Shown piece by piece: positions 29,912 through 42,911 of a DNA stretch of 64,000 nucleotides; the stretch's first letter is position 1; every line of letters begins with the position of its first letter. Source of the stretch: Chrysomallon squamiferum (taxonomy: Eukaryota; Animalia; Mollusca); contig CM022677.1 in NCBI GenBank assembly GCA_012295275.1, forward strand, positions 15,686,001-15,750,000. The letters are read 5' to 3'. A program made the translations under genes and the position numbers. Below the pieces are notes generated by a model that worked only from the letters and a program-made list of their open reading frames with translations, did no database searches and had not been told where the DNA came from.

Positions 29912-30968
29912 CTCAATGTTATTCACTCAATGTTATTTATTGAATGTGCTAAAACCAGGCAAAGAAAAACATTAAAGTGAAATCTCTTTCTGGTTTTGCA
30001 GGTAATTTTGAGAAAAAAAACCTGAAGATGACAAATTCTTCTGATACTGTTACTAGCCAGTCAGAGGAATTCAATCAAACACAGAACTGTTCTGAAGTAA
30101 GAGGTCTCAATATCTTTTATAATAATAACTAATAATAAAATTATTTGGGCAACCGTTTCTTTCCTTCCATATGTTTTAAGACAAGAGCCACTAATAATTA
30201 TTTTATGGGAAATATTTATTTCACAAAGACTTAGTTAAAATGATAGAATTATCTTTATTTTGTTCTCAGTAATTCACACCTATATCCAGATAAATAAAGT
30301 CAGTATTAAAACACTGTTAAAGTATAATTCATAATAATTTTCCATGACTGAAATTTTTCTTCCCAAAGATTTTATTGTGCAAATTAATCAAATGCTCCTA
30401 ACCTGAAATAGGTAAGAAAAATAGTCATTTAAATAATGTTCAATGATAAATTTGATGCTTATTTTTATTTATTGTTATTTTATTAATTTTTCTTTCTATA
30501 TTTGTTTATTTAGATGAATCTGTCTAAAACAAGGGGAATGTACAAAATCCACAAAATTGCCCGATTGTGACCAAATAGTAAGAAACAAGTGACTCATATA
30601 TGAAACAGTTTATTAGTGTCAATGATACTATTTTAATCACTGCAGTTTTGTGTTAGAATAATATACATAAACTAGCTGAAGAACTGAATGATATTCACAG
30701 ATAATGTTTATTTTTTAAGAATTTATTCAGCTGTCATTTAATGTTATAAAAATATATATATATTTTTTCTTAAATATAACAAAAAGATCTGAAGGTATAA
30801 AGGACTTTTTTATGGTTTGAATTAATTATATCATTACATTTTAAAATGTTAAATATTTGTAATTAATTGGAATTCTCTTGATCTTTGGGATTAAAAGATT
30901 ATTATTGTGGATAAATTTATTGTTGTAGCCAGATTATTAACTTATATTTTTAATCAAATCTAAAATTA

Positions 30969-31090
30969 GATGTATAGAATCAGTTCTAAGTGTTCCAAAA
31001 AAGTAATGCAGCTTGTAATCAAAATGACTGAATTCACATACCTTCTGGAGAGTGACATTAACAGTTTGTTATTAGAACTGAAAAGCTTTG
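30969..31090 (+). pseudogene. Duplicated exon-like segment, paralog of the minus-strand segment 62871-62991 upstream of the IRAG-family exons (also at 40317-40437)
   Basis: MYRISSKCSKKVMQLVIKMTEFTYLLESDINSLLLELKSF versus MYRISSKCSKKVMQHVIKMTESAYLVQNDINILLLELKSI. It is flanked by AG and GT, and about 150 bp of upstream intron is also shared. Confidence 0.55.
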
Positions 31091-31379
31091 GTATCTATTA
31101 GTAAACTAATAAATGACAGAACTTATCAATTAGTTATTTTTATAGGCTGGTGACAATGAATTCTTTTCAATTTACAGGTGGAAACTGTCACGTCCATGTC
31201 ATATTTTGTATTTCTTTTAAACAGTTGGTCAAAAACAGAGTTTTTCAGATCTCACGTTCCCCCTTACAGTACAAGGCAGGTCAGTGCTGAAGATTCAGAG
31301 AAGTATTCACAATTTTACAATAAGAGACAGATGTTTATTTATAATAATTTCTTTCTAACATTACACACAATTAAACACA

Positions 31380-33187
31380 ATGGAAAAATAATTATTATTT
31401 CTATTACATTTTATTATTGTATTTACAGGTAAGACAAGTTTCTGGACTCAGCTTCAGTTACAAGAATAGGGAGAAAAATTTAAACAGCAGGACCGATAGG
31501 TAGGTAAGTCAGTAGTTCAGTAGGTTGATATGCAGATATATGTAGATAGTTATCTAATAGATATCAGACACAGAGAGGGACAGATAGGTAGGTAGGTCAG
31601 TAGTTCAGTAGGTTGATATGCAGATATATGTAGATAGTTATCTAATAGATATCAGACACAGAGGGACAGATAGGTAGGTATGTCAGTAGTTCAGTAGGTT
31701 GATATGTAGATATATGTAGATAGTATGTAGCAGACAGACAGATAAGTGTAGGCAGGTATGATGGTAATGTGGAAGACTGAATATATATATATATGTATAG
31801 CTACAGGTGTAGGTATGTAAGCTGGAGCAGAGAATAGTATATAGAAGGAAAAGTTGCTTGTCTTTTTTGAAGAGTGAATATATTGAATAAATATGTGTGC
31901 AAACATACAGAACTATAGGGAGGTTTGAAGATATATAGACAAGAAGATGTTTAAATGACTGATAGATGTTATTGATATATAAACTGTTAGGTAGGTTGAT
32001 TATGTAGATAGAATAGAAATTGTGTACTTAGATACACATATAGAGATACATATAGATACACATAGAAAGTGCATGTGTGTTTGTGTCTGTGTGTGTGTGC
32101 CAGTGATTGATAAGGATCGCTAAAGAAGGGAATTGTGAATGAGAGTTATAAATGGACAGTAACACAGAAAGATAGATAAAAAAACGTAGTTATAATAATT
32201 TAGGGAGATAGTCAGGAAGATGAATAGCTGATTCAAGGGATTGTTATTGATGGATAGAGAAATGTATATAGGGAGGCATTTCCTTAGAGTTCGATGGATG
32301 GATAAATAGATAGGTGTAAGCATATATGATGGTAAAGTGGATATGATCATGTATATGTACATAGATAAATAAACACAGACGCAGACAGAAAACAGAAAGG
32401 ACTGGATCTGTGTTTGAGTTAGTGATGAACTGATAACTTAAAGGTAGATATCCAGAGATAAATACAGATAGATTATAGTTATAGATATATAGAAATAAAT
32501 ACAAATAGATTATGTAGATAGATATAGAGAGATAAATACAGATAGATTATACAGACAGATACACAGAGATAAATACAGATAGATTATATAGATAAAAAAT
32601 ATAAATACAGAAAAATGTACCTATTTATCTCTGTATAAATACACACTCAGAAATAAATACAGATAGATTACATAGACAGACATTCAGCAAGATAGCGAGG
32701 TTTGAAGTAGTACATAGTTAGATATTCAGGGAGCCGGACATATTATTGATAGATGGTTATTGAAAAATAGACGTATAAGCTAGAGAGATAAACTGATATG
32801 TAGGTATGTTACTAGTTTGGTAGATTGATTTGTAGACAGACTGACAGACATATAGATAGACGTGTGTTAAGAAATGGGTATGTGTGTGTGTGTGTATATA
32901 TATAGATGTATACACACACATACATATAGTAATGATAATTTATTTGTGTGTTAAAAGATGATTAGTATATATGAGGATAGAGAGGTAAATTGATAGAGAG
33001 AAGAAAGCTAGATAGATGCAAGGAGGCATGAGTATATACTGCATCCTGTAAGAAAGACCGAGTCTGTTGCTTATGTATATGGGATAAATAGATAGATAAA
33101 TAAATATATTTATAGATAGATGAATAGATAAAAAGAATGTATTTAAATAATTAAATATGATATAAATAGAGAGAGTGTATACGTAAA

Positions 33188-33238
<51 letters not shown>

Positions 33239-33508
33239 AAAATAGACTGTGCTATTTGTAACCGAGAGGGTAAGATAGCTTGATGTAGAGATAGACGTAT
33301 TGATCACTTGAAAAATAGATTGATAGGTTAGGAAACTGCTTTGGAAAGAAAAATCCATCTTTTGTGAATAATAATTGTTCCATATCAGTAGACACCTCAT
33401 CTGTTTAAATTTTTCTCCCTATTCATGTAACTGAAGCTGATTCCAGAATCTTGTCATTCCTGTAGATACAATAATAAAATGTAATAGAAATAATAATTAT
33501 TTTTCCAT
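31380..33508. repeat. 108-bp inverted repeats (31380-31487 / 33401-33508) enclosing degenerate GATA/GACA-rich DNA
   Basis: ATGGAAAAATAATTATTATTTCTATTACATTTT...GGGAGAAAAATTTAAACAG and its reverse complement, with a handful of mismatches. Repeated at 40726-40833 / 42753-42860. Confidence 0.9.
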
Positions 33509-33528
33509 ATATATATATATATATATAT

Positions 33529-33575
<47 letters not shown>

Positions 33576-34179
33576 TAGTTATAAACAGACAGACAGATAG
33601 AGGATAGATAGGTAAATGGATATAGTGATGAATTAATGGTTAGCTAGACAGGTAATAAGATTAAGCTACACCACAGGTTGATCAACAAACAGACAGATAT
33701 ATAGATAGACAAATAGCCAGAGAAATTGATGATGAAATAAAACAAATATATAGATAGACAGATATATAGATAGAAACATGCAGGTAAGTAAGGCTGAGTT
33801 ATTTGGAGAGTGAGAGAGAAAGAAAGCCAGAGCGAGATATTTAATATGTCATAACTTATTCTTAAGTACATACACTTCTGTCTATGCTCTGTTGGCCTGT
33901 CTGTCAATCTGTATATAGAAAGAGCTTTCAAAATAATGTATCTTCAGTAACTATATGTGTATGTGGGTATTTCTATTTATCTATCATAATCTATCTATCT
34001 GTCTATCTATCTAACCAAAATAATGTTATTATATTAATGTACTAATTAGCCATTCCCTTTGGAAATGTTGCCACACATACACCACGGTGTGGTTTAGTAC
34101 ACATAGGGGATGTTAGTAATGGTTAGTATTTGGTTAAAGGTTAGTATTTGGTTAATGATTAGTATTTTCTTAATGGTTA

Positions 34180-34810
34180 GTCTCTTTCTCTTGCTCTATC
34201 TTTCTCTTGCTCTCTATCTCTTTCTCTTTTCTCTCTTTCTCTCTCTGTCTATCTGTGTCTCTCTGTGTGACTCTCTCGGTCTCTGTGTCTATCTCTCTCT
34301 GTCTCTCTTTCCCTCTCACTGTCTCTCTCTTTTCTCTCTTTCTCTCTCTGTCTATCTCTGTCTCTCTCTCCCACTCTCTGACTCTGTCTCTCTCAGTCTT
34401 TCTTTATCGGTCTCTCTCTATATCTCTCTGTCTCTCTCTGAATCTCTCTTTCTCCCTCTCTCCCTCTCTCTCTGTCTCTCTCTGAATCTCTCTCTGTCTC
34501 TATCTGTCTCTGAATCTCTCTTTTTCTCCCTGCTATATCGCTATCTCTCTTTCTCTCTCTGACTCCGTATTTCTGTCTCTCTGTCTCTCTCTCTCTATCT
34601 GACTCTCTCCCTGTCTCCATCTATCTGTCTCTATCTTTATCTCGCTGTCTCTCTCATTGTCTGTTTCTCTCTGTCTCTCTGACACTCTGTGTCTCTGTCT
34701 CTCTTTCTCTCTCTGTCTATCTGTCTGTCTCTGTCTGTATCTCTCTCCATGTTTTTTTCTGTCTCTGTCTTTTTCTCTCTAACTCTCTCTGTAACTCGCT
34801 TTCTTCTCTC
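34180..34810. repeat. Degenerate (CT)n/(CTGT)n low-complexity tract (duplicate at 43522-44190)
   Basis: Directly visible. It is the source of the spurious Leu/Ser and Arg/Glu ORFs. Confidence 0.95.
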
Positions 34811-36484
34811 CACACAAACGTATCAATTCTGCCTAAAGCAAAACTAACCAACAGCAAAAGCAACAGCTATAACACCAATATTAGCAATAATAACAATAAT
34901 AAAAATAGTAATAATTATGTACCACAGTAAAAACAATAACAGTGTTAGCAATAATATCAACAACAAAAATAAAAACAAACAAAAATGAAAGAAAGATCAC
35001 ACACACACACACAAACACACTTAATTACACTTTTAAACACCTGAAATGATGTTACATTCCACGCTCTAGAAATCACTATATCTGTGAAATTTAAAGGTGT
35101 CAGTATCAAATGGCAGAAAAACAGCATTTATATGTAATTGAAATTTTATACAGTGAAATGAAATTTTCATGAAAATGTACAATCTTAGTCGTAGTGAAAC
35201 CCAAATCTCTCTTTCTCTAATTATAATAAATAATATATACAAATTTTCATGTATCAAAATGGAATGTCGTAATAAATTTAAATTCTTATTTTTATTTTGA
35301 ATAGTATGAATGAATAAATATTAAGTTTTTAGTAAAGAAACATTTTAAATATATGAAATAAACTAAGAATGCACAGAGATACTACTACTACTACTAATAA
35401 TAATAATAATTAGTCAATTTCATAGACAAAGTAGTCTAACGGAAATAACTGTTGTCCATTAATAATAGGAATGAATATAACGATGATAATGGATAACAAC
35501 ATTAACAACAACAGAACAGATTTTGAAAAAGGAAATAACAAAAATAATGTTGTATTTTGTAATTTAGATTTCTGTTTCATTTAATTCATTTAGTTAAGTG
35601 CTAAAGAAATGATATGAAATTAAATTTTAAGAATATATATTAAATTATTAAATAATTGTTTGATAATAATATTAAACGAAAAATAACAAATAGTGGCATA
35701 ATGAATCAATAATAACAATTTTATTACATTAAATATTTTCACAAACTTTGATGAATCTTCTATTCACATATTTCCACAAATTGATTTCATATCAAGCAAT
35801 TCTGATAAACCCTTTTTTACTGTAAGAAAGGGGAGATAACTCCATCCGAGAAAGTATTCGTTTTTATATTAAAGGGAAATAACTATTTGTGAATATATTC
35901 GCTGCTAACTATTATTAAGAACTATTTTATTCAATATAACAAATATTCATTTCTTTCTCCTTTTACCATCGGACAAAACTATACTGTAGAACACAATTCT
36001 TGCATTTTTAAGTTTCCACTATCCTTATCATATTTCAAGTTCAGAGTTGTATCAAAATATAAATTTTCTTTTTGTAAATTTTAGATTTCAACACATTAGA
36101 TATTTTCAGCATTGAATTATTATTATTAATATAAAAAAAAAAAGATGTTATTTACCTTTTATATATTGATATATTAATCTAACAAAGAATATCCTATAAA
36201 TATTTCCATCTGCTCTATAATTTTAATGTAAAAAGCATTCATTATTTAAAATGCTTATCAAATGATTAAACAGTGTCCACTAATTAAATTCAATTAAATT
36301 ATTGGATTCCATTGGTTGAAAATATACCTGAACATTAATCACAAGCGAATATATTCCTATATAGAGTTATCTACCCTTGTAAGTGTTTATACTTTGATTA
36401 TTCAGATAGGGGAGATAACTCCATCCCAGAATTTATTCGTTTTCATATTAAAGGGACATAACTCTATTTATGAATATATTGACA

Positions 36485-37146
36485 TATAGTTATCTCCCTT
36501 AACGTGAAACCAAATATCCTCTCGGATAGAGTTATGTCCCCTTTGGTACATTTTTCTCCTTGATTATTCAGGTTAAAACGAACATATTCCTATATAGATT
36601 TATCTCCCTTTAACATGAAAACGAATAACCTCTCGGACAGTTATGTCCCCTTCGTTACATTTTTCTCCTTGATTATTCAGGTTAAAACGAACATATTCCT
36701 ATATGGATTTATCTCCCTTTAACATAACGAATAACCTCTCGGATAGAGGTATCTCCCCTTTGTTACATTTTTCTCCTTGATTATTCAGGTTAAAACGAAC
36801 ATATTCCTATATGGATTTATCTCCCTTTAACATAACGAATAACCTCTCGGATAGAGGTATCTCCCCTTTGTTACATTTTCTCCTTGATTATTCAGGTTAA
36901 AACGAATATATTCCTATATAGATTTCTCTCCCTTTAACATGAAAACGAATAACCTCTCGGATAGTTATCTCCCCATTGTTACATTTTTCTCCTTGATTAT
37001 TCAGGTTAAAACGAATATATTTCTATATCGATTTCTCTCCCTTTAACATGAAAACGAATAACCTATCGGATAGTTATCTCCCCTTTGTTACATTTTTCTC
37101 TTCATTATTCAGGTTAAAACGAACATATTGCTATGTAGAGTTATCT
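36485..37146. repeat. ~108-bp minisatellite with internal (G)AGTTATCTCCC motifs (6 units; 4 units at 45885-46326)
   Basis: Anchor ATTCAGGTTAAAACGAA at about 36566, 36675, 36783, 36890, 36998 and 37106. Confidence 0.93.
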
Positions 37147-37467
37147 GATAAAGGGAAATAACTCTATTTGTGAATATATTCGCTGGTAACTATTATTAAG
37201 ACATTTCTTATTCGATATAGAAGTTTGTAACAGCAGAACAATACCAAAAAAAATAGTTTAAAAAATAAAAACGCATGGCACCTACCCCCCTGCCCTAGTA
37301 TCCCACCCTCACAGCTTGTGAAGGTACTGAACCAAGTTCAAACTTTAATGTTTCTTGTAAGCATGTTCATATGTGTGAGATCGTAGGATTGAATCTCGGC
37401 GTTTTTGGAGACACCAGCAGTACTTTCCGATTCCAGATTCATCTACGAAATATTGTGAAAACATCAC

Positions 37468-37790
37468 TTTCTTTATATATAACATGGGTCATACCCCGTG
37501 ATGTGTCACCAGAGGTGGGAGGAGTTTACTCGGCGAAGTAATGGCTATATTGATTACAGTTTAGTGATATGTGCTCACAAACATATTAGGTCCCTTACGT
37601 GAGATGTACTCAGTAAACAAAGTGAAAATAGTATCGATTACAGTTATCTCCCTTACATGATATGTACTCGCTAAATAAAGTAAAAATTATATCGATTAGA
37701 GTTATCTCCCTTTATTGATATGTGCTCGCAACTTTAATACTTACGTGAGATGTACTCACTAATCTTACGTACGCTAATTATCCATATGGG
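37468..37790 (+). mobile_element. Dispersed non-autonomous repeat, possibly Helitron-like (copies at ~46648-46960 and ~55310-55548)
   Basis: Shared GGAGTTTACTC.GC.AAG and TAGTGATATGTG.TCACAAACATA...GTCCCTTACGTGAGATGTACTCA units. It starts TCTTTATATATAA. No 3' hairpin-CTRR was identified. Confidence 0.45.
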
Positions 37791-38685
37791 ATAAATGCCG
37801 GGGACTAGGGCAGGGGGCGGATAGATAAAAATAGAACACGTTTCCCTGGCAGTCAGCCCGTGCTTCCGGGGTAGGGCGGGAGGGCATGTGTTCAACTCAC
37901 CTTTTCTGTCCGGGACACTAAGCTCACCCGTTTTATCCTATCCACCCCCCTGCCCTAGTCACCCACACACCGACTGTCTGTCCTGCATATGGATGGAGCT
38001 ACTGATAAACACAGGCTGAAGTTTGTAGGGGCTTTTAAAGATTAAACTGGTAATTAAATATTTAAAAAAAGTAATATTGTTTTTGTTTACTGACTGAAAA
38101 TATAGAAACTTATCTAGTGATCATATATTGCAATTACTGATAGTGACTTCAGGATCTATCCGATCTATCAATCTATCCGTGCATACACATACATATACAT
38201 GCACGCATGCATACTGCACACTGTCTGATAGAGGTAGCTTCTGAAAATCGACTGAATATTGACGAGTATAAATAAAATATATATGAATCCATGATGAGTG
38301 TTTACATTGGTGTGTGTTGGTGCACACATTTGCATACAACAAACACATAAATTAAGCTATGCATTTCTTTATTTTTTATTGGTTTTCATCCATTTCCAAT
38401 CCAGTGCCTCCTGCAAGCATTATTAGAGATTTTAAAAAATGATTTAAATAATTACATATATTTATCTTGTCAATCAATTTATATTTGTTAAACAGTTTAC
38501 ACAAATACTTTGAGGTGTAAATAATGTTTATCAATATTCTCACTTCAACAGACAAGTTAGTTGCCCTCAAAAGAAAATGGTGATTTGGGAAAAAAAAATC
38601 ACTGTCAACCTTTATATGTTCATTTTATTGCGTTCTACCTGCATTAGAGAAGTGATCCCTATTGTGTTTACTCATCTGACAGCCC

Positions 38686-38885
38686 NNNNNNNNNNNNNNN
38701 NNNNNNNNNNNNNNNNNNNNNNNNNNNNNNNNNNNNNNNNNNNNNNNNNNNNNNNNNNNNNNNNNNNNNNNNNNNNNNNNNNNNNNNNNNNNNNNNNNNN
38801 NNNNNNNNNNNNNNNNNNNNNNNNNNNNNNNNNNNNNNNNNNNNNNNNNNNNNNNNNNNNNNNNNNNNNNNNNNNNNNNNNNNNN
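38686..38885. other. Assembly gap (200 N)
   Basis: Run of exactly 200 N. Confidence 1.
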
Positions 38886-39224
38886 TCAGTAACATTAGTT
38901 ATTTCATTTTTAACAGTTTGCTATTTTTTATTATTTTATTTGTATATTTTTATTTTCAGAATACACATACAGCTGTAATTGATGCCTGATGTTTGTTAGT
39001 GAAGTTGTTTTCAGTAGAAGGTGCTGTCAGTGCTGAGGATAAATCTCTCTCTCTCTCTCTCTCTCTCGTTCTCTCACTCTCTCACAGTATTTTAGTAATA
39101 GGAGTATTATGTTAATAACAGTAACCTAGTTGAATAAGGAATAATAGTAAATATTAGTTACAGTAATGATGGTAATAAAAGTAGCATGTTGTGTTGCAGT
39201 AAATGTTACAGTAAATGGCAGTAT

Positions 39225-39259
<35 letters not shown>

Positions 39260-42200
39260 CTCAATGTTATTCACTCAATGTTATTTATTGAATGTGCTAA
39301 AACCAGGCAAAGAAAAAACATTAAAGTGAAATCTCTTTCTGGTTTTGCAGGTAATTTTGAGAAAAAAACCTGAAGATGACAAATTCTTCTGATACTGTTA
39401 CTAGCCAGTCAGAGGAATTCAATCAAACACAGAACTGTTCTGAAGTAAGAGGTCTCAATATCTTTTATAATAATAACTAATAATAAAATTATTTGGGCAA
39501 CCGTTTCTTTCCTTCCATATGTTTTAAGACAAGAGCCACTAATAATTATTTTATGGGAAATATTTATTTCACAAAGACTTAGTTAAAATGATAGAATTAT
39601 CTTTATTTTTGTTCTCAGTAATTCACACCTATATCCAGATAAATAAAGTCAGTATTAAAACTGTTAAAGTATAATTCATAATAATTTTCCATGACTGAAA
39701 TTTTTTCTTCCCAAAGATTTTATTGTGCAAATTAATCAAATGCTCCTAACCTGAAATAGGTAAGAAAAATAGTCATTTAAATAATGTTCAATGATAAATT
39801 TGATGCTTATTTTTTTTTATTGTTATTTTATTAATTTTTCTTTCTATATTTGTTTATTTAGATGAATCTGTCTAAAACAAGGGAATGTACAAAAATCCAC
39901 AAAATTGCCCGACAGACCAAATAGTAAGAAACAAGTGACTCATATATGAAACAGTTTATTAGTGTCAATGATACTATTTTAATCACTGCAGTTTTGTGTT
40001 AGAATAATATACATAAACTAGCTGAAGAACTGAATGATATTCACAGATAATGTTTATTTTTTAAGAATTTATTCAGCTGTCATTTAATGTTATAAAAATA
40101 TATATATATTTTTTCTTAAATATAACAAAAAGATCTGAAGGTATAAAGGACTTTTTTATGGTTTGAATTAATTATATCATCACATTTTAAAATGTTAAAT
40201 ATTTGTAATTAATTGGAATTCTCTTGATCTTTGGGATCAAAAGATTATTATTGTGGATAAATTTATTGTTGTAGCCAGATTATTAACTTATATTTTTTAA
40301 TCAAATCTAAAATTAGATGTATAGAATCAGTTCTAAGTGTTCCAAAAAAGTAATGCAGCTTGTAATCAAAATGACTGAATTCACATACCTTCTGGAGAGT
40401 GACATTAACAGTTTGTTATTAGAACTGAAAAGCTTTGGTATTATTAGTAAACTAATAAATGACAGAACTTATCAATTAGTTATTTTTATAGGCTGGTGAC
40501 AATGAATTCTTTTCAATTTACAGGTGGAAACTGTCACGTCCATGTCATATTTTGTATTTCTTTTAAACACTTGGTCAAAAACAGAGTTTTTCAGATCTCA
40601 CGTTCCCCCTTACAGTACAAGGCAGGTCAGTGCTGAAGATTCAGAGAAGTATTCACAATTTTACAATAAGAGACAGATGTTTATTTATAATAATTTCTTT
40701 CTAACATTACACACAATTAAACACAATGGAAAAATAATTATTATTTCTATTACATTTTATAATTGTATTTACAGGTAAGACAAGTTTCTGGACTCAGCTT
40801 CAGTTACAAGAATAGGGAGAAAAATTTAAACAGCAGGACAGATAGGTAGGTAAGTCAGTAGTTCAGTAGGTTGATATGCAGATATATGTAGATAGTTATC
40901 TAATAGATATCAGACACAGAGAGGGACAGATAGGTAGGTAGGTCAGTAGTTCAGTAGGTTGATATGCAGATATATGTAGATAGTTATCTAATAGATATCA
41001 GACACAGAGGGACAGATAGGTAGGTATGTCAGTAGTTCAGTAGGTTGATATGTAGATATATGTAGATAGTATGTAGCAGACAGACAGATAAGTGTAGGCA
41101 GGTATGATGGTAATGTGGAAGACTGAATATATACATATATGTATAGCTACAGGTGTAGGTATGTAAGCTGGAGCAGAGAATAGTATATAGAAGGAAAAGT
41201 TGCTTGTCTTTTTTGAAGAGTGAATATATTGAATAAATATGTGTGCAAACATACAGAACTATAGGGAGGTTTGAAGATATATAGACAAGAAGATGTTTAA
41301 ATGACTGATAGATGTTATTGATATATAAACTGTTAGGTAGGTTGATTATGTAGATAGAATAGAAATTGTGTACTTAGATACACATATAGAGATACATATA
41401 GATACACATAGAAAGTGCGTGTGTGTTTGTGTCTGTGTGTGTGTGCCAGTGATTGATAAGGATCGCTAAAGAAGGGAATTGTGAATGAGAGTTATAAATG
41501 GACAGTAACACAGAAAGATAGATAAAAAAAACGTAGTTATAATAATTTAGGGAGATAGTCAGGAAGATGAATAGCTGATTCAAGGGATTGTTATTGATGG
41601 ATAGAGAAATGTATATAGGGGAGGCATTTCCTTAGAGTTCGATGGATGGATAAATAGATAGGTGTAAGCATATATGATGGTAAAGTGGATATGATCATGT
41701 ATATGTACATAGATAAATAAACACAGACGCAGACAGAAAACAGAAAGGACTGGATCTGTGTTTGAGTTAGTGATGAACTGATAACTTAAAGGTAGATATC
41801 CAGAGATAAATACAGATAGATTATAGTTATAGATATATAGAAATAAATACAAATAGATTATGTAGATAGATATACAGAGATAAATACAGATAGATTATAC
41901 AGACAGATACACAGAGATAAATACAGATAGATTATATAGATAAAAAATATAAATACAGAAAAATGTACCTATTTATCTCTGTATAAATACACACTCAGAA
42001 ATAAATACAGATAGATTACATAGACAGACATTCAGCAAGATAGCGAGGTTTGAAGTAGTACATAGTTAGATATTCAGGGAGCCGGACATATTATTGATAG
42101 ATGGTTATTGAAAAATAGACGTATAAGCTAGAGAGATAAACTGATATGTAGGTATGTTACTAGTTTGGTAGATTGATTTGTAGACAGACTGACAGACATA

Positions 42201-42537
42201 TAGATAGACGTGTGTTAAGAAATGGGTATGTGTGTGTGTGTGTATATATATATAGATGTATACACACACATACATATAGTAATGATAATTTATTTGTGTG
42301 TTAAAAGATGATTAGTATATATGAGGATAGAGAGGTAAATTGATAGAGAGAAGAAAGCTAGATAGATGCAAGGAGGCATGAGTATATACTGCATCCTGTA
42401 AGAAAGACCGAGTCTGTTGCTTATGTATATGGGATAAATAGATAGATAAATAAATATATTTATAGATAGATAAATAGATAAAAAGAATGTATTTAAATAA
42501 TTAAATATGATATAAATAGAGAGAGTGTATACGTAAA

Positions 42538-42586
<49 letters not shown>

Positions 42587-42880
42587 AAAATAGACTGTGC
42601 TATTTGTAACCGAGAGGGTAAGATAGCTTGATGTAGAGATAGTTAGACGTATTGATCACTTGAAAAATAGATTGATAGGTTAGGAAACTGCTTTGGAAAG
42701 AAAAATCCATCTTTTGTGAATAATAATTGTTCCATATCAGTAGACACCTCATCTGTTTAAATTTTTCTCCCTATTCTTGTAACTGAAGCTGATTCCAGAA
42801 TCTTGTCATTCCTGTAGATACAATAATAAAATGTAATAGAAATAATAATTATTTTTCCATATATATATATATATATATAT

Positions 42881-42911
<31 letters not shown>

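Larger units (their letters stand above)
29543..38685 (+). repeat. ~9.1-kb near-identical direct duplicate, copy 1 (ends at the gap)
   Basis: Collinear with 38886-47877. The differences are mostly homopolymer indels, repeat-length changes and a few substitutions. Confidence 0.97.

Noticed and set aside
34110-34620. Long Leu/Ser and Arg/Glu ORFs (also 43451-44251, 16794-17187, 5840-6061, 60017-60340)
   Set aside because: They are translations of CT/GA/GT/AAT microsatellites.
38577-38978. ORFs spanning the N-run
   Set aside because: Artefacts of translating the gap.
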